From NCBI GenBank assembly GCA_040384565.1, contig JAZKJC010000010.1, forward strand, positions 7,113 through 71,112: DNA of 64,000 nt. The letters run 5' to 3'. Shown here in pieces: positions 29,009 to 35,349 of the stretch (the stretch's first letter is position 1; every line of letters starts with the position of its first letter). The stretch comes from Patescibacteria group bacterium. GTDB lineage: Bacteria; Patescibacteriota; Saccharimonadia; Saccharimonadales; JAZKJC01. The notes under the pieces were generated by a model that ran no database searches, had not been told where the DNA came from, and saw only the letters and a list, made by a program, of their open reading frames with translations. The position numbers and the translations under genes were made by a program.

Positions 29009-29368
29009 TACATATAATTATACGCTTGAAATGGTTGTCGTCAAGCAAATAGTTACAGGTAACGTCACGTACTATTACATGTAAAACTATCAACATCAAA
29101 TTTCTGTGGAAATGTGTAGTAAATAAGTAAAAGCTCTACGCTGTTAGGTTGTCTTGACTACATACTCCTCGGATAAACCAGTCATTATATTCGCTCAGGG
29201 TAGCACTTTGCTCGGACAAGCATAGAACATTACGAGCGGCGTTCCGCATAACTACCCTGAGCAAAAACAATTCGTTAAATAAATTGAAGATTAGTCTAGA
29301 GGCTGTCCCTGCGATTTATATAGAAAACAAATTGTAGCTCTAGGAAGAAAGTTGTATGATGTTGCCAT

Positions 29369-30151
29369 ATGTCAGAATCAACTCTTGGGCAACAGGGTGG
29401 TGGTCTATCGCGCCGAACGCTGTTGAGATGGATTGTAGCTGCACCCCTCATTGGAGTGGTGGGGACGGCTGGAGTAGAAGCAAAACAATTTCACGATCGT
29501 CAACGGGATGTGCAGAGTCGTGAACGGCAGGTGGGCGAGACCTATGCTTACAGAGTCCGGCAAGGGATGAAAGAAAGCTGGATAACTGCTTCTGTCTGGC
29601 CAGGTCTAGCGATCTTGCCGTCTAGCGTAAGGCTGTTCGCCACTCCGACACTTCACCATGACACTGAAGTGGAATGGCCCCAAGATAAAAGAGATCAACA
29701 TCTTACTCTGCAGCGACCATTTATGGTGCGCGCAAGTTTAGAGCAAAATAATTATGACCACGAGGACGAGACTGTGCCAGTCGGCGATGAGGTTATGGGT
29801 TTCTGGTTACCTGGTACAAACACTGTCGCTTTTATAGATAGAGAACACTATAGCCATCAAATTTTGCTGCCAAGTCATTCGGGCAAACCCGTTTATACCG
29901 ACAACTTCGCAGGAATTGTGGGGGAAAGCATCTTGCTGGAGGCTCCTGTCACCCGTCAGGGACTGACCTGGCGCTACCTAAAAAGCGAAAGAGTCTATCA
30001 AGAGGGTGATGCTAACTTCGCACGCCGTGCGGTAAGTGTTAATAAGGTAGTTGGTTGCTCTGTATGGAGTGATACGCCGGAAGCATTAGGCGCCTATAAC
30101 GCTTTCGAAACCGAGGGTGCCTTTAATATAATCAGATTGCCGGAGCCGTAA
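29369..30151 (+). CDS. Secreted protein with Tat-like signal, unknown function
   Basis: 260 aa. LSRRTLLRWIVAAPLIGVVGTAGVEA at the N-terminus. Paralogous to the next gene (GFWLPGTNTVAFIDREHYSH vs FWLPGQADLTYYDLDAHSNR). Confidence 0.55.
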   Translation: MSESTLGQQGGGLSRRTLLRWIVAAPLIGVVGTAGVEAKQFHDRQRDVQSRERQVGETYAYRVRQGMKESWITASVWPGLAILPSSVRLFATPTLHHDTEVEWPQDKRDQHLTLQRPFMVRASLEQNNYDHEDETVPVGDEVMGFWLPGTNTVAFIDREHYSHQILLPSHSGKPVYTDNFAGIVGESILLEAPVTRQGLTWRYLKSERVYQEGDANFARRAVSVNKVVGCSVWSDTPEALGAYNAFETEGAFNIIRLPEP

Positions 30152-31036
30152 ATGTCTGAAATTGAATCTCTTGATCCAGAAGCAGCACTACCAAATGCCG
30201 ATCCAGCAAGAAGAGACTTTTTGCTTGGAGCAGCTCGAGCTGGTTTTGCTGTGCTGGTAGCTGGTCAAGCAGGCTGGGCTGGCAGTAGACTTGCGAGATG
30301 GACGTTTGATGCCTATGCGACTCGTGAGGGCCAATCAAAAATACGTGAGATTTTTGAGCCTGGCATACAAAGTCAGTGGCACAAACTTGCTATTTTTGAT
30401 GGCCTGATGCAACTCGATCCAAGTACACTAGTAGCTGACAGCATTTTTGCTGACGAAGGAAATTCTGTCGCACTGCCAACTGACAAATTCTCGGCAGTTG
30501 TTCGCCCAATTTCGGTGCGAGAAACGTTGCTCAGAAATATTGCTGATTACTCTCAGGCTACGCAGGACAATGTTAACCGAGTATTGCCCAATATGCCTCG
30601 GCAACTATTTGCCTTTTGGCTGCCTGGTCAGGCCGACCTAACCTATTATGACCTTGACGCTCATAGCAATAGGGGCTCAGTCATTCCCTTGAGCGAAACT
30701 GGTAGAGGTACGGTTTATGAACATGTTGGTGTTCGGGACGTAAATATTGGTGGCAGAGAATTACGAGACAATCAAGTATTTCCCTACTTAAGCCACCTCA
30801 AGTTAGAGTTTAAGCCACCTCAGTTTCTACAGGCACATATGGATGATCTACCTGAGGACGACCCTATGCGCCGGGACATGTTAGACAGAGCTCGTGATGA
30901 TCCCTATAACTACATGCCGGTTCAGGCGCATAGGCTGATTGGACAAGTCGCCTCAGTGGATAACGCTTTTGCTTTTAATGCTATGGTCACTGATTTCTAT
31001 GCAGGAAAAGAAGCGCTAGCCATCCCCGCCCCTTAA
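30152..31036 (+). CDS. Secreted protein with Tat-like signal, paralogue of 29369..30151
   Basis: 294 aa. PARRDFLLGAARAGFAVLVAGQAGWA. The start abuts the previous stop. Confidence 0.55.
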   Translation: MSEIESLDPEAALPNADPARRDFLLGAARAGFAVLVAGQAGWAGSRLARWTFDAYATREGQSKIREIFEPGIQSQWHKLAIFDGLMQLDPSTLVADSIFADEGNSVALPTDKFSAVVRPISVRETLLRNIADYSQATQDNVNRVLPNMPRQLFAFWLPGQADLTYYDLDAHSNRGSVIPLSETGRGTVYEHVGVRDVNIGGRELRDNQVFPYLSHLKLEFKPPQFLQAHMDDLPEDDPMRRDMLDRARDDPYNYMPVQAHRLIGQVASVDNAFAFNAMVTDFYAGKEALAIPAP

Positions 31037-31084
31037 CTGGACTTACGCAAATCGCTCGTTCTCAGGGTGTCTCAGCGGTCTTGC

Positions 31085-31501
31085 TTACGCAAGCTCTACT
31101 GTTGCGCCGGCGGCTTCGAGAGTTTTCTTGGCTGCTTCTGCGTCGTCTTTCTTTGCCTTTTCAAGAATGGTCTTTGGAGCACCATCAACTAAGGCTTTTG
31201 CTTCACCTAGACCTAGGCCGGATATGTCCTTGACAGCCTTAATGACAGCGACTTTCTGAGCGCCGGCGTCTTTTAGGATTACGTCGTATTCGGCTTTGGC
31301 TTCTTCTGCAGGAGCGGCGTCACCTGCTGGAGCAGCTGCAACAGCGGCTGCAGGAGCGGCGGCACTTACGCCCCAGTATTCTTCTAGAAACTTAACAAAT
31401 TTACTTATTTCAAGTGCTGACATTTTGTCCAGCTCTTTAACAATAGCCGTGAACTCTTTTGGAACTTCTACCGCTTCGGTTTTCTTATCTTCATCTGCCA
31501 T
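31085..31501 (-). CDS. rplL: 50S ribosomal protein L7/L12
   Basis: 138 aa. Ala/Pro hinge and C-terminal [27 protein letters not shown]. Confidence 0.95.
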   Translation of the reverse strand: MADEDKKTEAVEVPKEFTAIVKELDKMSALEISKFVKFLEEYWGVSAAAPAAAVAAAPAGDAAPAEEAKAEYDVILKDAGAQKVAVIKAVKDISGLGLGEAKALVDGAPKTILEKAKKDDAEAAKKTLEAAGATVELA

Positions 31502-31538
31502 TTCATTCTCCTTAAATATTATTTATCAATTTGTACAT

Positions 31539-32072
31539 TTACTGTCCTATGGCTTCGGCGCGCGCACTCAAAACGTTCAGTACGCCCCTAACATTGCCGG
31601 CCATAACGTTCATAAAGCCACTTAGTGGCGCTGCGATAGTCCCAACCAACATGCCACGTAGCTGTTCTTTGCTTGGCAAACTTGCCAGAGCTTTTACATC
31701 ATCGGCACCAATGAAGCTACCATCTGCCGTAATTGCGCCAACAAACTGAATTGTTGGCTGCGTCTTGGCAAAAGTTGCCAAAATTTGTGCCGGAGCAACT
31801 TCGTCCTCGGTGTTAAAGGCATATAAAAGCATGCCCTCTAGTGCGCTAGTATCAGTTGTTTTGGTTAATTCATTAGCCTGCAAAGCCTTGATTACCAGAC
31901 GGTTTTTAACAACTTGTACTTTTGTACCGTTGTCTCTAGCCTGTCTGCGCAGTGCTTGCATAGCTTTGACGGGTGTACCTTGATAAGCTGCCACAACAGT
32001 CAGCTTGGAGCTGGCCAATAGTCCTGCCGTTTGGGCGACAACCTCGTCTTTTTTCTGCTTAGTTAATGCCAT
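31539..32072 (-). CDS. rplJ: 50S ribosomal protein L10
   Basis: 177 aa. Family-typical N-terminus (KKDEVVAQTAGLLASSKLTVVAAYQGTPVKAMQALRRQAR) and position upstream of rplL. Confidence 0.9.
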   Translation of the reverse strand: MALTKQKKDEVVAQTAGLLASSKLTVVAAYQGTPVKAMQALRRQARDNGTKVQVVKNRLVIKALQANELTKTTDTSALEGMLLYAFNTEDEVAPAQILATFAKTQPTIQFVGAITADGSFIGADDVKALASLPSKEQLRGMLVGTIAAPLSGFMNVMAGNVRGVLNVLSARAEAIGQ

Positions 32073-32373
32073 GTGTCTCCTTCCAGTCGAATTTTCAGTT
32101 TTCAGTTATCAATTTTCATTACTGAAGATCAAAAACAAATCTCTGAATTCGACACATTGTCTTGCAACCTCGACCTGGGTTGATTGTCGTTACCAATAAA
32201 AAAGCCCTTGGTTTTATCCAAAGACCAGTGAAGTTTACAAATTTTTAGTTAACAGCTATAAGCTAACTGCTAACCGCTAAATTGCTGCCTCGGCGACATT
32301 ATCAAGCCTTTTTACAGACCGTCGCTGTCTTTGGTAACAAATATATGCTACCAAAGTAGTCTGTGACTGTCAA
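32073..32373 (-). promoter_or_regulatory. rplJ promoter and long structured leader (possible L10-leader-type attenuator)
   Basis: Minus strand: TTGACA (32373..32368), 17 nt, TAGCAT (32350..32345). The roughly 265-nt leader contains the hairpin CTTTGGataaaaCCAAGG followed by GCTTTTTTATT (about 32196..32226). It also contains two blocks of 7-nt tandem motifs (32250..32285 and 32093..32120). Confidence 0.4.
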
Positions 32374-32400
32374 TCTGTTATTGATTACCTGAATCTCGAA

Positions 32401-32829
32401 TTACCACTCCATCTGTAACAACTGGTAGCCGAACAATATCCGCAGGTAATGCAGGGCGTAGTTCGGCATGCTCCTTGGGAAACTGCTTTGCGGATGTAAA
32501 TACTGTTTGAGGTAGTCAAACACTGTCTCAATCTTCGGTCTGCGTCTCAGTAGTTTAAGACGGCTTTTGGTAAGTAGTTGTTTTTTGTTGTTTGTAGTGT
32601 GGCGGAACCACAAAGACAGTACCCCATAAGTGGTTTAGCTTCTTGTGTAAGGCGCTGCGGTAACCACTGTTACCAACCGCCACCTTGAAGCCGTAATGTT
32701 CACCCTGGTGGTTGTAGCCCCCCTAGCGACTTTATGCCAACGCCTGCGGACAAGTCGGCAGACTTCTAGTATGGTCGAGTCCATAAAACAAAGCCATGCT
32801 TCACTGGCGAGCAGGCTGTTTAATACCAA
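32401..32829 (-). pseudogene. IS982-like transposase remnant (frameshifted, N-terminally truncated)
   Basis: Two ORF fragments: ...FMDSTILEVCRLVRRRWHKVARG... and ...RRRPKIETVFDYLKQ...FPRS...LFGYQLL. They match the middle and C-terminal patterns of IS982-type transposases as I remember them. No intact ORF and no inverted repeats were identified. Confidence 0.5.
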
Positions 32830-32850
32830 TTCTTTCAGGCCTAAGGCAGT

Positions 32851-33309
32851 TTATGATATGGCTGCCGGTAGATTAACGACTTTTTGTTGTATTCCGAACT
32901 CATTTGTAATGACTTGCATGCATCCGAGCGTCACAGAGACTTCGCCAAGTTGAGGCGCTACGAGTGCTAAGGCTGCAGTTTGATCCTGCTTGAAAAGGCC
33001 AAAATGTTCGGGAAGCCGTGGAACAAATAGCCGATAATTTCCGTCAGATGTTTGAGCGATTTCACCAGGATGCAACGCAGTTTCATTTCCTATGCCCGGT
33101 GGTCGATATTTAACAGCAATTTTGCCCAGTGGATAGCTACTTACTAAAATTCTGCGACCATCCTTGTCGTGAGTTTCGCATGGCGTGTTCGCTACTCTAC
33201 TGTTATCAGATGTAATACTAATTGGTGAACTGCCGCAAGCTGTTAGCAAGCTTAATCCCGCGATTATAGTCGCACCCTTTTCTAAAGCAAAACCTTTTCT
33301 CATACTCAT
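32851..33309 (-). CDS. Lipoprotein, unknown function
   Basis: 152 aa. Lipobox LSLLTAC-G after a hydrophobic signal. Confidence 0.6.
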   Translation of the reverse strand: MSMRKGFALEKGATIIAGLSLLTACGSSPISITSDNSRVANTPCETHDKDGRRILVSSYPLGKIAVKYRPPGIGNETALHPGEIAQTSDGNYRLFVPRLPEHFGLFKQDQTAALALVAPQLGEVSVTLGCMQVITNEFGIQQKVVNLPAAIS

Positions 33310-33512
33310 AAACTCCGATTAACCTAAGTATTAACTACATAAATAATACAAACACTAAATTGTATAAAAGTCAATCGTATTTTTTACATAATATTCTCAC
33401 GCGCTTCAATAGAGATAACTGAAACCACGATGCTATTTTTCTTATCAGAGATGAGTATTTAATAAAACTATGCTATATCAGGGAAAGGGCTTCGAGATTC
33501 TGGTGTTATTGA

Positions 33513-34121
33513 TTACTTTGTAGATAGCTGGCTTAACTGGTCACGATGATGCCCATTGGTAGAATTATGCGGTAAGTTATATCGACCCATATAGTCACTG
33601 AGTCGTATCGCTTGTTCTCTACTAGCAAAAAGACCCTCAACAACCTCATCACTTGCTTGCGACCCCAGAGCCAAAAAAACCTCACGGAATAGTGGATCAA
33701 ATCGTCGCATACCACCTGTTACCCGAGAGTAGATAACTAACAATTGCTCATATGCCGCATGTGGGTCATCCCATACACGCTCAACCATGCGATCTGGATG
33801 AGTCAAAAGATTTGCGAGACTACTGGGATCGGAATAGACAGAGTCGGAATCTGCACAATGCTGCTCTTCTTGATGCGCTGTTTTACGTTTGTTTGCTTTC
33901 ATGACTCTTTTGGCAACGTCAACGTCAATGGCTCCGTAAACGCTTCCGGCAAACATAGCTTTAGCAATTTCTGCTTCGTTGCTTTCGTCGACTAATCCAT
34001 CCATTGCTCTAGGATAAATAGCTAAAGATCCCAGAGCTTGCGGATAGTCAATTGGAGTAGTCGAAAGTTTTTTCAGAAAACCACTTTCTGGTTGTATGGG
34101 GTAAGTGGTCATCTCTGCCAT
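33513..34121 (-). CDS. Hypothetical protein
   Basis: 202-aa ORF with RBS aggaaagag. No motif recognised. Confidence 0.5.
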   Translation of the reverse strand: MAEMTTYPIQPESGFLKKLSTTPIDYPQALGSLAIYPRAMDGLVDESNEAEIAKAMFAGSVYGAIDVDVAKRVMKANKRKTAHQEEQHCADSDSVYSDPSSLANLLTHPDRMVERVWDDPHAAYEQLLVIYSRVTGGMRRFDPLFREVFLALGSQASDEVVEGLFASREQAIRLSDYMGRYNLPHNSTNGHHRDQLSQLSTK

Positions 34122-34142
34122 GATCTCTTTCCTTTCTAATTA

Positions 34143-34170
34143 AAACGCCCCGCTGGTGCGGGGTCGTTTG
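34143..34170 (-). terminator. Hairpin terminator/attenuator between 34271..34504 and 33513..34121
   Basis: Minus strand: ACGACCCCGCaccaGCGGGGCGT followed by TTTAATT. It lies only about 20 nt before the next start codon. Confidence 0.5.
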
Positions 34171-34270
34171 TGTAACAAAAGTAAACTACCCGCGTCTCAG
34201 AGAGTAAGAATAATCACTTCTGTTACAGTTTTGTACATAATTTATATAGTGATCCCAGGGCTAGCTTTTG

Positions 34271-34504
34271 TCAAGCGGGCAGTGATGCCATCCATTCATT
34301 CACTTCGGGTGCTTTATCAGGCTCGGTTCCGCTTTCAGCAGCAGAACCCACATAATCTACGCCGCTTCTTCTAGAAATAACTACAGCTTTAACTACAAAG
34401 TTCGGACTCGGCTCGTCATGGACTGGGATAACATCTGCTACCAGTTTGCCTGGCTCGTTACTAATATCAATTAATGCTCCTACCTGTCTACCTAATTCTG
34501 CCAT
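34271..34504 (-). CDS. Small hypothetical protein downstream of a riboswitch-like leader
   Basis: 77 aa with AAGGAG RBS. No motif recognised. Confidence 0.5.
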   Translation of the reverse strand: MAELGRQVGALIDISNEPGKLVADVIPVHDEPSPNFVVKAVVISRRSGVDYVGSAAESGTEPDKAPEVNEWMASLPA

Positions 34505-34705
34505 TTCAACTCCTTAAATATTAAAAAATAATCAGGTGGTGAAGCCTGATTGGTTATCTGTTAGCTGTGCTGATGTCCGCTGCAAACGGATCAGGCTTCA
34601 ATCATAGTGAAGCACAGCCCTGATAGGCTGAGTAGGAGCAAGTCCAAGTTGCGCTTCAAAATTCTCATTAAGACTGAATGTACTCCACTCTTGTATCTAT
34701 GTCAA
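34505..34705 (-). promoter_or_regulatory. Promoter plus about 165-nt leader with mutually exclusive terminator/antiterminator helices
   Basis: Minus strand: TTGACA (34705..34700), 17 nt, TACATT (34682..34677). Terminator: AATCAGGcttcaccaCCTGATT + ATTTTTT (34523..34552), directly before the RBS. Its right arm, tgaagcctgat on the plus strand (34540..34550), is also perfectly complementary over 11 nt to 34590..34600. That partner can in turn pair with 34607..34612. Confidence 0.55.
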
Positions 34706-34731
34706 TGATTTTTACTGGGATTTGGGATTTG

Positions 34732-35046
34732 CTATGCGAATATTTCCTGTAAAATCCCAATGAGATTATTTTTTTCGGGTTGGCTTAAAGAGCCAATTTT
34801 ACTCGTCAATCTCTGTTTGGCTACTGATCGCATCTGGTCGCATGCTGCCGAAGATAATTTTCCGGTTGATTTAATAGTTAAACGAAATGGCCAATCAATT
34901 ATGGTAGATGTTAGCGGAACTACTATTACCGTATTAACTGTACTATTCATTATGTCTGGCGAAACTACTATGCAGGGTCGTGTCTTTTTCATTTCGCTGC
35001 CTTTTGTAGGGTTTAGATCAGTCCAGTAAATATCGAACTGCTTCAT
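34732..35046 (-). CDS. mazF: MazF/PemK family toxin (endoribonuclease)
   Basis: 104 aa. MKQFDIYWTDLNPTKGSEMKKTRPCIVVSPD is a family hallmark. Confidence 0.85.
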   Translation of the reverse strand: MKQFDIYWTDLNPTKGSEMKKTRPCIVVSPDIMNSTVNTVIVVPLTSTIIDWPFRLTIKSTGKLSSAACDQMRSVAKQRLTSKIGSLSQPEKNNLIGILQEIFA

Positions 35047-35303
35047 ATGCCGTCATCTAGCGTAATATCCCATTCATCAAGTTCGGGATCAGGCTTGGTG
35101 GCTTTAGGGTTTCCCCGCAATACTTTAGCAATTTGTTTAGCCCAACCTGAGCGTGGCTGTTTGGTACCGTGTAAAATTATTTTGCCCTGTTTAGCCTCAA
35201 TCTCGACAGTGTCCGTCAAGCCACTCATAGCGAGCATGGTTTTTGGCAAGCGAACGGCAGTGCTGTTTCCGTCTTTGATCAGTTTGGCTGTGATAGTTGC
35301 CAT
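35043..35303 (-). CDS. mazE: AbrB/MazE/SpoVT-type antitoxin
   Basis: 86 aa. The swapped-hairpin motif KDGNSTAVRLPKTML. Overlaps mazF by 4 nt. TACAAT lies 9 nt upstream of the ATG. Confidence 0.8.
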   Translation of the reverse strand: MATITAKLIKDGNSTAVRLPKTMLAMSGLTDTVEIEAKQGKIILHGTKQPRSGWAKQIAKVLRGNPKATKPDPELDEWDITLDDGI

Positions 35304-35349
35304 AGTGGTTACATTGTACCCACTTGAGCAATGATTGTCAATAAATCGA

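Larger units (their letters stand above)
24630..29170 (-). mobile_element. IS1595-family transposon with passenger genes (4541 bp)
   Basis: IRL gaggagtgtgtactcaagacaacc (24630..24653) matches the reverse complement of IRR ggttgtcttgactacatactcctc (29147..29170) at 22 of 24 positions. It is flanked by a perfect 8-bp direct repeat ggataaac (24622..24629 and 29171..29178). An IS1595-type transposase lies at the right end, and all internal genes are co-oriented. Confidence 0.8.

Noticed and set aside
34505-34705. TPP riboswitch, suggested by CCUGAUCCG..GCGGAC.
   Set aside because: The obligatory CUGAGA element and the GGGG/ACCC helices are absent on the same strand. The class is left unassigned.
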